This document shows positions 1-8,990 of a stretch of DNA of 64,000 nucleotides, piece after piece. A program made the position numbers and the translations under genes. This DNA is from Candidatus Woesearchaeota archaeon. GTDB taxonomy: Archaea; Nanobdellota; Nanobdellia; Woesearchaeales; JAAOYA01. The DNA lies in the NCBI GenBank assembly GCA_018221105.1, contig JAAOYA010000008.1:192648-256647 (forward strand), given 5' to 3'. The number at the start of each line of letters is the position of its first letter. Positions within the stretch are counted from its first letter, which is position 1. Below the pieces are notes generated by a model. The model did not search any database. It saw only the letters and a program-made list of their open reading frames with translations, and was not told the origin of the DNA.

Positions 1-189
1 CTGGCAAAGTCCTAGTGCAGGAGTCATCTGGCAGCACAAGTGAGAACGAATGCCATAAAATTTTTGTTTATAACAAACTCCTTCACCACGCAAACTTTTT
101 TTTGTCCAAGTGCAAATTTTTACAGCACTATGATTACCAATAAGTCCATACTGTTGGTTTTGAAGAACTGCTTTATAAGATTCTGGCAT
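1..189 (-). CDS. taw1: 4-demethylwyosine synthase Taw1/TYW1 (radical SAM), N-terminal part, runs off window start
   Basis: Not in ORF track. Manual translation from ATG at 189: MPESYKAVLQNQQYGLIGNHSAVKICTWTKKSLRGEGVCYKQKFYGIRSHLCCQMTPALGLCQ, the characteristic TYW1 N-terminus (HSAVK..C.W..KSL....CYK.KFYGI.SH.C.QMTP). Confidence 0.92.
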   Translation of the reverse strand, partial: MPESYKAVLQNQQYGLIGNHSAVKICTWTKKSLRGEGVCYKQKFYGIRSHLCCQMTPALGLCQ

Positions 190-265
190 AACTGGCGTAT
201 TCTAGGATTATTTTTAAGGTTTGTGGGGCAAAACCTTAAAAAAAGAACAATATTAAACACTAATT

Positions 266-757
266 ATGGATTTTAAAAAAGCCTTAGAAAAAATAAAAGC
301 CAGTAAGAGTATAAAGCCAAAAGGTTACTTAGCACACTATTTTGCCAGCATTGACGCTCAAAAAAAAGAGCATCAACTAGGCTATTATAACAAAACAACA
401 GATAAATTGCACGTTATTGATTTTGTAGGGCGAAAAACAGTCGATAAAGGCGAGTGTGACGCACTAAAAGATGGTGGCATAGTTGATGAATTAAAACTCT
501 CAAACGTCAAAATAACTGATGAAGAAGCCCTAGGGGAAGCTCTTAGTATAGCTGACGAAAAATACGGTCAAAAGATTATCAAAAAAATTCTTGTTCTACA
601 ATGCTTAAACAATAAAACATTATACAATATTACTCTTATAGGAGCTGGTTTTAGCATTATCAACATCAAACTAGACGCCAAAACGAAAAGTGTCATTAGT
701 GAGTCAAAACAATCAATAATGGAACTTGCAGATGTGCTTGACGGCGACAAAAAGTAA
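266..757 (+). CDS. hypothetical protein, C-terminal half PepSY-like
   Basis: 163 aa ORF with upstream TATA-like aaaccttaaaaa; ITDEEALGEA...YNIT...NIKLDAKT pattern resembles PepSY. Confidence 0.6.
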   Translation: MDFKKALEKIKASKSIKPKGYLAHYFASIDAQKKEHQLGYYNKTTDKLHVIDFVGRKTVDKGECDALKDGGIVDELKLSNVKITDEEALGEALSIADEKYGQKIIKKILVLQCLNNKTLYNITLIGAGFSIINIKLDAKTKSVISESKQSIMELADVLDGDKK

Positions 758-892
758 TACTAACATAGAGTGGTATCGGACTCTAGAATATAGTTCTAAA
801 AAACTATTTTTTAACAAGTATTTTTTTGTCTAATAGTATTTAAATACTAGTTTCTCCAAAGCCATAATATAACAAAATAAAGGTGCTATAAG

Positions 893-976
893 ATGAGCGT
901 GAAAGTGAGTTGGAAAACAATAAAAAACAATAAAACACTCTTTGAATCGCTTGACTTAGACGAAGAAGAAGAGTGA
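893..976 (+). CDS. putative small protein (27 aa) with acidic tail
   Basis: MSVKVSWKTIKNNKTLFESLDLDEEEE*; SD-like AAGGTG at 880-885; TATA-like tttaaata at 839-846. Confidence 0.5.
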   Translation: MSVKVSWKTIKNNKTLFESLDLDEEEE

Positions 977-1017
977 ACAACAAAGTTTTTTAATAACACT
1001 AATTCTCACTAGATTTC

Positions 1018-1764
1018 ATGCAATCGTACATCGCAAGCACCAATCCTGTAAGCGCAAATTCTTGGCCAGGCAAAATAAGCTACACTATATACTTTGGCGG
1101 TTGTGACTACAAATGTCAATGGTGTTACAATGCCGACATGTTAGAGTTTAAAGAAGAATACCAACGAGACCTCTCAGAGATTCGCCAGGAGATAAAACTT
1201 AATGCTCTATCAGTAGACGCAATATACTTTAGTGGTGGTGAGCCATTATTGCAACGCCAAGCACTACTTTATCTAGCTCGATACGCCAAAGAAAGAGATT
1301 TAATGATAGGCTTAGAGACCAACGGTGCTTCGCCTGACGCTCTAAACTCGATACTGCGCGAAAAACTTGTCGATTACATAGTATTAGATATGAAAACACC
1401 GTTAAAACTTGACATTTTTGAAGCAGTAACAAGAAGCCAAACATTTTTTAAAACTACACAGCAAATCATCAGCGAAGTAAAAAAAACAATACAATTACTA
1501 AAAAACACAGATCCTACTGTTCAAGTAATTGTTAGAACAACAATAATTCCTGGATTAATGTTCAAAAAAGAAGACCTCCTAGAAATAGCCTTTGAAATCA
1601 ACGAACTACAATGCCAATGGCAATTAATACCTTACAAACCATTTAACGTCAGAGATCAAAAATACAAGGATATAAACCCTCCATCAATACAATTCTTAGA
1701 AAACCTACGACTGTTCTGTCAAAAAGAATACCCTCAATTAAACATTGTCATAAAGGAAAACTAA
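1018..1764 (+). CDS. nrdG: radical SAM protein, anaerobic ribonucleotide reductase activase (NrdG2/PflA-like)
   Basis: GCDYKCQWCYN (CxxxCxxC), FSGGEPLLQ, LETNG, DMK and VRTT motifs. Confidence 0.8.
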   Translation: MQSYIASTNPVSANSWPGKISYTIYFGGCDYKCQWCYNADMLEFKEEYQRDLSEIRQEIKLNALSVDAIYFSGGEPLLQRQALLYLARYAKERDLMIGLETNGASPDALNSILREKLVDYIVLDMKTPLKLDIFEAVTRSQTFFKTTQQIISEVKKTIQLLKNTDPTVQVIVRTTIIPGLMFKKEDLLEIAFEINELQCQWQLIPYKPFNVRDQKYKDINPPSIQFLENLRLFCQKEYPQLNIVIKEN

Positions 1765-2392
1765 AGCGCTTATTTAATTCTTGTAATATAATAGTAAACA
1801 CTTGTTCTATTGTATTATTTTCTGTGTCAACAACAACATAGCGCGAGGGTTCTTTTTTGGCCATTGTCAAATATCCCTTTCGTACTTTGTTATGAAATTT
1901 TAATCCTTTTTCATCAAAGCGCAATTCCATACTCTTTGCGACTTTATTGCGCTTTGTAGCCCTAGCAAGGCCTACTTCTGGCAAAACATCTAAATAAAAA
2001 GTGACATCAGGTTTTATTTTAATGCGTGCTAACTCATGCAATTTTTTTATTAGTTCAAGTTTTATATGACCTGCAAAGCCTTCATAAACATAAGTACTGT
2101 CATAATAGCGATCACAAACAACCCATAACCCTTTTTTTAACGCTGGTAAAATAATATTATTAGTATTTTTTCTTCTTGCAGCAATAAATAATAACACATC
2201 AGTTAAAGCGTCAAAATGATGTTTTTTATTAAGCAATACTTTTCTTATTGCTAACCCTTCACGAGTACCGCCAGGCTCTTCAGTAAAAACAGATGACACT
2301 TTCTTTTTTTTGAAATGTTCTTTTAATAATCGAATAATTGTTCCTTTACCACTACCTTCCCCACCTTCAAATGTTACAAATTTTCCTTTCAT
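1748..2392 (-). CDS. tmk: thymidylate kinase
   Basis: FVTFEGGEGSGKGT P-loop, EPGGT, CDRYYDST, PDVTFYLD. Confidence 0.95.
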   Translation of the reverse strand: MKGKFVTFEGGEGSGKGTIIRLLKEHFKKKKVSSVFTEEPGGTREGLAIRKVLLNKKHHFDALTDVLLFIAARRKNTNNIILPALKKGLWVVCDRYYDSTYVYEGFAGHIKLELIKKLHELARIKIKPDVTFYLDVLPEVGLARATKRNKVAKSMELRFDEKGLKFHNKVRKGYLTMAKKEPSRYVVVDTENNTIEQVFTIILQELNKRFSFPL

Positions 2393-2512
2393 AATTAAAA
2401 ATAACCCTCCCCCGAATAAAAAAAATTATATGAAAGTTTTATTTAAGTTTTTAGTTGTAACACTTTGGTGACTATGAAACGTTTAAGTATAAGTGCAAAA
2501 TAATGTTTTTGT

Positions 2513-2977
2513 ATGAGTGATCAAAGAATAATTAGGCCTTCTTGGGATGAATACTTTATGGAAATCACTAAAGTTGTTGCTACTAGAAGCACTTGTTTAA
2601 GACGTCAAGTTGGAGCAACTTTTGTAAAAGATAAAAATATTCTAGCAACAGGTTATAATGGCGCGCCTTCAGGAGTTGAAGATTGTCTTGAAATAGGGTC
2701 CTGTTATAGACATGAACAAAATATTCCCTCCGGACAACAGCATGAACGTTGTCGTGGCTCACATGCTGAAATGAATGGTATTGCCCAGTCAGCAAAGCAC
2801 GGTATTTCAATAGGAGATTCAGTTGTTTATACTACTGATAGTCCGTGTAATATTTGTGCAAGGCTACTTATTAATGCAGGTGTTAAACAAATAGTATCAA
2901 ACAGCCAGTATTCTGATCCCATGACTGAAGATCTTCTCAAACAAGCAGGTATTGAACACAAACTAAACCATGACTAA
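2513..2977 (+). CDS. dCMP deaminase (ComEB family)
   Basis: RPSWDEYFM, RSTCLRRQVGA, TGYNG, HAEMN and PCNIC zinc motifs. Confidence 0.93.
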   Translation: MSDQRIIRPSWDEYFMEITKVVATRSTCLRRQVGATFVKDKNILATGYNGAPSGVEDCLEIGSCYRHEQNIPSGQQHERCRGSHAEMNGIAQSAKHGISIGDSVVYTTDSPCNICARLLINAGVKQIVSNSQYSDPMTEDLLKQAGIEHKLNHD

Positions 2978-3213
2978 CTAATTTTTAGTGTTTTATTTTT
3001 TGAAGTGTGACCGTTTTTTATTTCTATTTTTTTCTTTAATTGTTTTGATAAATATTTTATTAGTTCAGTGTTTGCCTTACCGTCTTGCGGTTGTGATTTT
3101 AGTGCAATTCGCAAAACTTTTTTTTGCTCATCATATCCTAGAATTTGTGTTTTTGCACTGTTTGTTTTAACAACAACTTTTAATAAACCTTTCTGTATGT
3201 GTTGTTCAATCAT
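2974..3213 (-). CDS. DUF167/YggU family protein
   Basis: VVKTNS...PQDGKANTELIKYLSK...GHTSKNK pattern. Confidence 0.88.
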   Translation of the reverse strand: MIEQHIQKGLLKVVVKTNSAKTQILGYDEQKKVLRIALKSQPQDGKANTELIKYLSKQLKKKIEIKNGHTSKNKTLKIS

Positions 3214-3517
3214 TGTTGCGCCAGGTGTGCTTGCACTTTATGCATTTTAAGAACTTTGTTTCTGGCTCGTCACCAGCACGTGTTTGTACTAGCCAATAAT
3301 AAGCTTCTGGATGAGCACATTTTGGGCATTCTTCAGCCGTTGTTGGCAAAGGGTCTACTTCTTGGTCTACAACTGCTACTTCTTCATGGTCGTCGACTGT
3401 TTCTTTCAGGTTTAGGTTCTGTTCTTCTTTTGGTTTATAACCGCAACTACATTCTATGACTTTTTTAGAACCGTTTTTTTTTGGCATTAATAATGATCCG
3501 CATTTTGGGCAAAACAA
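3206..3517 (-). CDS. tfs: transcription factor S (RpoM/TFS)
   Basis: FCPKCGSLL N-terminal ribbon; CPKC...QTRAGDEPETKF.KC..C C-terminal ribbon. Start placed at TTG 3517 after GAGGTG SD. Confidence 0.93.
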   Translation of the reverse strand: MFCPKCGSLLMPKKNGSKKVIECSCGYKPKEEQNLNLKETVDDHEEVAVVDQEVDPLPTTAEECPKCAHPEAYYWLVQTRAGDEPETKFLKCIKCKHTWRNND

Positions 3518-3528
3518 ATTGTACCACC

Positions 3529-4158
3529 TCAACTCAAAGTATTTTTTACTATTTTATATAAATCTACCGCCCAAATTTTTAAGTATCCAAGATAAGGCAC
3601 CCTAATAACTGCTTTTCCTATTATGTTTTCTTTGTTTATTGCACGCTCATCGATTTGTCCTTTATTTGGAGGTATTATTTGGTCTAAGTTATGATCTCCT
3701 TTTGTTTGAACTGTTTGAGAGTTAATAGTTATTGCACGGTGAATTATTGGTTCTGGTTGTCGTGCTTGAAAAACTATTACATCACCAACCTCTATTTTTT
3801 TCGGACTATATAATATCATTATATCTCCTTTGTTAAAACCATTTTGAAAGTCAAATGTTTGAAATGTTTGTTGTGTTATTCCAACGTTTTGGTAAAAGTC
3901 TTCTTGTGTGCACACAGCATTATTACAGTTTGCTGGGCTGGCCCACCAAGTATCAAAGCTGCCGTCATGCTCCATGCTGCCACTTACCACTGCAACTATC
4001 GGGTACTTTGCACCTAGTAATAATCCTAATCCTGGATACACAATGAATTTTATTAGTAAAAACGCCAGTATTATGCTAACTGTCCAACTGCTCCAAGAAT
4101 CCTCGTACATTACAAAATGCCAAGCTTTTTTAATAAACGACCGTTCTTTTGAACTCAT
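3529..4158 (-). CDS. signal peptidase I (Sec11-type)
   Basis: TM helix then VVSGSME, GD, IIHR, TKGDHN, IGK...PYLG. Confidence 0.92.
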   Translation of the reverse strand: MSSKERSFIKKAWHFVMYEDSWSSWTVSIILAFLLIKFIVYPGLGLLLGAKYPIVAVVSGSMEHDGSFDTWWASPANCNNAVCTQEDFYQNVGITQQTFQTFDFQNGFNKGDIMILYSPKKIEVGDVIVFQARQPEPIIHRAITINSQTVQTKGDHNLDQIIPPNKGQIDERAINKENIIGKAVIRVPYLGYLKIWAVDLYKIVKNTLS

Positions 4159-4200
4159 AAAAAACTTAAAAACTAACTTTCATTAAAAAGTTTTCGAAAA
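4159..4200. promoter_or_regulatory. overlapping divergent BRE/TATA promoters for sec11 and nmd3
   Basis: 42 nt gap containing aaaacttaaaaa (+, 4161-4172) and aaaactttttaatg (-, 4194-4181), each about 25-30 nt from an ATG. Confidence 0.5.
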
Positions 4201-5154
4201 ATGAAAAAAAAGAAAAGCTTTTGTCCGAGTTGTGGTAAACCTTCAATTGGATTATGTAAAAATTGTGCGCCTGTAGAGCTCAACATTTCTGAGTTTAACA
4301 TAAAGGTTTGCGCATCTTGTAATAAGTATTTTTATAAAAATAAATGGCACGCTACTAATGACTTAAAAGCTGATATTGAAAAAATAATTAAAAAGACTGC
4401 TAAAAGTGCGAAAACGGTTCTTGACGTGTCAGATCTTCAATTAAATCCTGGGATTAAAAAAACTGTTGTTGCACAAGTTGTTATTGATGGTGCAGAGTTT
4501 GATATTCTTGTGAACTTTGAAGTGACTCTTTGTCCTAATTGTTCAAAACAAAATAGTGATTATTTTGAGGCGATACTGCAGTTGCGTGGCAGTATCACAA
4601 AAGATGTTGAAAGTTTTGTATTGGAGGCTGTAGAGCAAAACAAGTCAAAAGGCGTTTTCATTAATAAAAAAAACGTGTTAAAAGATGGTGTTGATTATTA
4701 TTTGACCAATAAGAAATTTTGTCAAAATCTTGCTATTAAAATACAACAAAATTTTGGTGGTGTGCTAAAAACTGCCAGTCAAATTTTCAGTTATGACCGT
4801 CAAACTAGCAAACATGTTTACAGGCTTAATGTTTTAGTAAAACTTCCAAGTTTTAAAAAATCAGATGTTATAGTATTGAATAATATGTTATTGATTGTTA
4901 ATAGTGTTGACAAAAAAATCAATGGTTTAAACTTGCAAACAACTAAAAAAGTTAGTGTTGATTATGACGAAAAAAATACTAAATTGGTATATCAACAATC
5001 AACTTCTGTTATTAATAATTATCCAACAATTGCAGTGATGCACCCTAAAACTTTTCAGCCAACACCCGCTAACAATCCTAAAAAACTAAAATTACAAATC
5101 AATCAAAAAATTATGATTGTAGAATATGCTGACGAGTTGTTTATAATAAAATGA
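4201..5154 (+). CDS. nmd3: NMD3 family ribosome biogenesis protein
   Basis: FCPSCG..LCKNC, C..C, CPNCSK...YFEAILQLR, DGVDYY. Confidence 0.9.
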   Translation: MKKKKSFCPSCGKPSIGLCKNCAPVELNISEFNIKVCASCNKYFYKNKWHATNDLKADIEKIIKKTAKSAKTVLDVSDLQLNPGIKKTVVAQVVIDGAEFDILVNFEVTLCPNCSKQNSDYFEAILQLRGSITKDVESFVLEAVEQNKSKGVFINKKNVLKDGVDYYLTNKKFCQNLAIKIQQNFGGVLKTASQIFSYDRQTSKHVYRLNVLVKLPSFKKSDVIVLNNMLLIVNSVDKKINGLNLQTTKKVSVDYDEKNTKLVYQQSTSVINNYPTIAVMHPKTFQPTPANNPKKLKLQINQKIMIVEYADELFIIK

Positions 5155-6239
5155 TAGTCTTAGATGGTTCAGTTGGAGAGGGTGGTGGTCAAATACTACG
5201 AACCGCACTAGCATTATCAATTCTGACGCAAAAATCTTTCAAAATAACTAATATTAGAAAAGGTCGTTGTGATAGTGGTTTAAAAGCACAACACGTTGCA
5301 TGCATTAGGGTAATAGACTCTCTTGGTGCTTGCGAATCCTTAAATGTTAAAGTTGGTCAAGAAGATTTAGAATTCACTCCAAAGCCCATAACAAATTTTA
5401 GTGTTAGTTTTGATGTAAAAACAGCAGGCAGTACAACACTGCTTTTACAATCAGTTCTTTTGCCTTTGATGTTTGCAAAAAAATCTTCAAAACTGACAAT
5501 TATTGGCGGCACTGATGTTTCTTGGAGCATGCCAGTAGATTACTTAAAAAATGTAATGTTAGCCCATCTACAAAAGTATGCAAAAGTAGAATTAAAGATT
5601 GTAAAGCGTGGCTATTTTCCTAAAGGCAATGGCAAAATAGAAGTCAAAATAACACCACAATACAATAATCAACAATATGATAATATTGAACAATTCATAA
5701 ATTTTCTAAGCGAACAAGACACAAAAATTGATTTATTAGAGCAAGGTAAACTATTACAAGTTCGCGGCATTAGTCATGCAAGCACTGAACTATTGCAAGC
5801 AAATGTTGCCGACAGACAAAGCAAAGCTGCAAAATTAATGTTGAGCAAACTAAAAGTTCCAATAAACATTCAATCAGAGTACACAAGTACAACATGTGCT
5901 GGCTCTGGAATAACATTATATGGCATGTTTTCAATAAGCGATGAAATAAGCCAAAAAAATCCTATAATTTTAGGATCTGACGCTTTAGGCAAAAAGAGTA
6001 AGCGGTCTGAAGATGTTGGCACTAGTGCTGCAAGAAAACTAATAGACACCATTGAATCAAATGCTCCTGTTGATGAGTATTTAGCAGACAATCTTATCCC
6101 TTTTCTAGCATTATTTGGCGGACAATTTAGAGCTAGTAAAATAACAAATCATACTTTAACAAACATTTTAGTAGTAGAAAAGTTCTTGCCAGTAAAGTTC
6201 ATTGTAGAAAATAATACTATAACAATTAATCCAAACTAG
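5151..6239 (+). CDS. rtcA: RNA 3'-terminal phosphate cyclase
   Basis: LDGSVGEGGGQILRTALALS, TAGSTTLLLQ, GGTDV, RGYFPKGNG, DEYLAD, NHTLTN. Confidence 0.93.
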   Translation: MIVLDGSVGEGGGQILRTALALSILTQKSFKITNIRKGRCDSGLKAQHVACIRVIDSLGACESLNVKVGQEDLEFTPKPITNFSVSFDVKTAGSTTLLLQSVLLPLMFAKKSSKLTIIGGTDVSWSMPVDYLKNVMLAHLQKYAKVELKIVKRGYFPKGNGKIEVKITPQYNNQQYDNIEQFINFLSEQDTKIDLLEQGKLLQVRGISHASTELLQANVADRQSKAAKLMLSKLKVPINIQSEYTSTTCAGSGITLYGMFSISDEISQKNPIILGSDALGKKSKRSEDVGTSAARKLIDTIESNAPVDEYLADNLIPFLALFGGQFRASKITNHTLTNILVVEKFLPVKFIVENNTITINPN

Positions 6240-8403
6240 CAAGTTCAATGTCAGTTTTTAAATCTATAATATCATAATATAATTTTTTCTTATTATTATC
6301 TTCCGGCACTTGAGGATAAAGTTTTTCTAATTGTGAATAAACACTTCTAGCATCAGCAACACCACCTGTGTTTAAAAAACCTCTTGCTTGACTTATCATA
6401 TCATAAGCTTGTTTTGCAACACCACTAAAAGTTGCTCCTGCAACACCGCGAGCACCCTTATTTAATTTGTCAATTTCTTGCGATAAGTAAAGGTGAAAGT
6501 TATCATCAGTAATACTTTCTTGCTCAGTTGTTAATTGTCGTTCTTTCTCTAAAAGTAATTGTTCTTTTGCAGCCAGTTCTTTTTCAATGTTTAACAATTG
6601 TGGTTCTTTAACTTCAATTATCGCTTCTCGTTTTTCTAAGTCTTCTAATCGATCTGATAAACTCTTCTCTTTTAATTCTAAATCCCCTACTACTTTTGTT
6701 AGCAAGTCTTTTTTCTTTTCTAAAACATCGATGTTTTGATTGAACTCCCTTGCTTTTTTGATCTTATCTTTTTGTAATTCTAAACGATCAAGGGTTGTTT
6801 TAATTCTTTTTTCTTGGCTTGTAATAGTTCTTTCTCTGAAACTAAGTTCTTTTTGCGAGGTTTTTAATTGTGTATCTAAAAGTTTGTTAGCGACTGCTTT
6901 TGTGTCGCCATCAACAAAGAGTTTTTTTGATTGTTCATACTTTTGCAAAATGGTTTTTTTGCCTGCATTGATTTGTTTTAGTTTTTCATCAACAGCCAAT
7001 TGCTGATTTTTTAGCATTTGCTCATTTTTTTGCAGTGTTTGATAATCAGTTTTTATGCCATCAGATTTATTATTGAACTCCGTCATTAAACTATTAATGT
7101 CAGCTTTTAGTGCTTCAAATTGTTTTAGTGCGTCTTGTGATTGTGGAACAATAGTTTTTAGATCTATTTCAATTTGGTTTTTAGCATCTGACAATTCTTG
7201 TTTTGCAGTTGCAATGTCTTGTTCTTTTTGTGATAAGTTAGATTGTAGGGTTTTTTCTTCTGATATTGTTGACAGTAATTCTTTTTCTTTCTGTGTTACT
7301 TCTACTTTTTTAGTGTCAAGTTTTTCTAATTGTTTTTTGAGCATTTCCTCTTGTCGAACAAATTCTTTTTGAGCTTTTTGCATCTCGACAATTCGAATTT
7401 TTTGCTCTACTTTACTGGTTTTGAGGTCTTCTTTTAATTTTATGTTTGCTTGATGCAATTCGTCAGCAAGGAGTTTTTCTTTTTTGAAAGATTTCAGTGC
7501 TTCTCCAACATCACGTTTTGTTTTTAGAGAAGCAATTTTTAATGCGAGATTTTCATCTTTGATAACGTTTTTTATCCAATTAGCAAAATCGTTCTTTTCT
7601 TCATTTACGTGGTGTATAAAAACATCTGCAGGCATTGACTGTACTGCTTTTAATAATTCGTCAATGTCTTTTAGTGCTTTGCCATCTTTTAGTTTAAAGT
7701 ATTGTTCAGGACTCAATGGTTTTGCAGGCTTTGGTGCGACAACTGGTTTTTTAACAGTTGGTATTGTAACTGTTGGTTTTTGAGTAGTAGGTTTTTTGAC
7801 ACCTTGTTTGGTTGTTTTCTTGACTGTTTTTGTTGTTGGAAGTTTTGACTCGACTTTTTTGATTACTATTTTTTCTTTTATTGGAGTTGGCTCTTCTACT
7901 GGCTCGCTTTCAGTAATATCTTCTAGAATATCGTATTCTGAACCTTTCTCTTCTTCTAACTCTAATGGTTCTTTAATTTTAGTTTTTTGTATAACTTCAG
8001 GCTTTTTGACAATTTTTTTCTTCTCCTCTACCTGTTTTGGTTCTTTTGGCAGTTCTAAATCTTTAGGTAATGGTAAATCTTCTTTTTTTAGTTCTGGAAT
8101 TGGAGGTTTTTGTAGTGGTTCTTCTAATTTGTCTAAGGGCTTTTTTGATTCTTTAGGTTCTTCTGCAGGTAGTTTTGGTAAACTGCTAGGCTCTGGAAGC
8201 TTATCTTTAACTTTAGCTTCATCAATATGAGGCAGACTTGGCGGTTCTGGAAGATCTTTTTGTTCAGGTGCTGGTGGCAAGTCAAGAGGTGGCGGTGCAG
8301 GAATATCGTGTTTTTTGCTATCTTTTGCGCCAAATAGTCTTTTTAAAAATCCTTTTTTCTTATCTTGCTCACTAGAATCAAGTGGTTTAACTTGTGCTTG
8401 CAT
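6226..8403 (-). CDS. large protein: Pro/Glu/Lys-rich N-terminus, DUF5752-like domain, long coiled coil, helical C-terminal domain
   Basis: ATG 8403 after GAGGGGT. FKLKDGKALKDIDELL...FIHHVNEEKNDFANWIKNVIKDENLA resembles DUF5752; heptad-rich central region. Confidence 0.75.
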   Translation of the reverse strand: MQAQVKPLDSSEQDKKKGFLKRLFGAKDSKKHDIPAPPPLDLPPAPEQKDLPEPPSLPHIDEAKVKDKLPEPSSLPKLPAEEPKESKKPLDKLEEPLQKPPIPELKKEDLPLPKDLELPKEPKQVEEKKKIVKKPEVIQKTKIKEPLELEEEKGSEYDILEDITESEPVEEPTPIKEKIVIKKVESKLPTTKTVKKTTKQGVKKPTTQKPTVTIPTVKKPVVAPKPAKPLSPEQYFKLKDGKALKDIDELLKAVQSMPADVFIHHVNEEKNDFANWIKNVIKDENLALKIASLKTKRDVGEALKSFKKEKLLADELHQANIKLKEDLKTSKVEQKIRIVEMQKAQKEFVRQEEMLKKQLEKLDTKKVEVTQKEKELLSTISEEKTLQSNLSQKEQDIATAKQELSDAKNQIEIDLKTIVPQSQDALKQFEALKADINSLMTEFNNKSDGIKTDYQTLQKNEQMLKNQQLAVDEKLKQINAGKKTILQKYEQSKKLFVDGDTKAVANKLLDTQLKTSQKELSFRERTITSQEKRIKTTLDRLELQKDKIKKAREFNQNIDVLEKKKDLLTKVVGDLELKEKSLSDRLEDLEKREAIIEVKEPQLLNIEKELAAKEQLLLEKERQLTTEQESITDDNFHLYLSQEIDKLNKGARGVAGATFSGVAKQAYDMISQARGFLNTGGVADARSVYSQLEKLYPQVPEDNNKKKLYYDIIDLKTDIELASLD

Positions 8404-8524
8404 AAAGACCCCTCTTTTTGTATTCAAAAAAGACTATTGTCTTTTATAAAAGTTTCTAAAAAAAATGTTTTTTTGGGAGCACAAACTTTATAAATAAACC
8501 GTTGTTTTTGCCAAATTGATTAAA

Positions 8525-8698
8525 ATGAGTGAACAACAAAAGTGTAATTCGTGCTCAAAAAACGTTGCAAACGATAATTCCAGCACTGCTTTTAAGTGCC
8601 CAAATTGTTTAAAAGAAGTTATTGTACGCTGCGGTGAGTGTCGCGAGAACAGTTCAAAATACAAATGTCCAAACTGTGGTTTTGTTGGACCTAACTAA
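8525..8698 (+). CDS. small zinc-finger protein (DUF1610/HVO_2753-like)
   Basis: CNSC..FKCPNC...IVRCGECR...YKCPNCGFVGP; conserved neighbour of EF-1beta. Confidence 0.9.
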   Translation: MSEQQKCNSCSKNVANDNSSTAFKCPNCLKEVIVRCGECRENSSKYKCPNCGFVGPN

Positions 8699-8711
8699 AA
8701 AGGTGATTTTA

Positions 8712-8990
8712 ATGGCCAAGGTTATCATAACAATAAAAATAATGCCTGCTAGCCCAGAAGTTAGTCTTGAACAATTACAAGAGAAGGCCATGATTGAGAT
8801 TAAAGGTTTCGCAGGCGATACTGAAACAAAGGTTGAAGTTACACCTGTTGCTTTTGGTTTGCAAATGATAAGCATTATTTTTGTCGCTGATGAAGCTAAG
8901 GGTTCTCCTGACGTTGTTAGTGAAAAAATTGCTAGCTTTGATGAGGTCAGCTCTGCAGAAATTAGTGATGTTCGAAGAGCACTTGGTTAA
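8712..8990 (+). CDS. ef1b: elongation factor 1-beta
   Basis: MAKVIITIKIMPASPEV...PVAFGL; AGGTGA SD at 8701. Confidence 0.93.
   Translation: MAKVIITIKIMPASPEVSLEQLQEKAMIEIKGFAGDTETKVEVTPVAFGLQMISIIFVADEAKGSPDVVSEKIASFDEVSSAEISDVRRALG

Noticed and set aside
40..276. 78 aa + strand ORF from the track
   Set aside because: It is antisense to the clear taw1 N-terminus and spans the divergent promoter.
778..800. NrdR-box-like sequence upstream of nrdG (similar text near 29790)
   Set aside because: Spacing does not fit the consensus and the AT-rich background makes chance matches likely.
6740..8333. Several F/S/L-rich ORFs overlapping the large coiled-coil gene
   Set aside because: Shadow frames of a K/E-rich gene; the same applies to most short antisense ORFs in the track.
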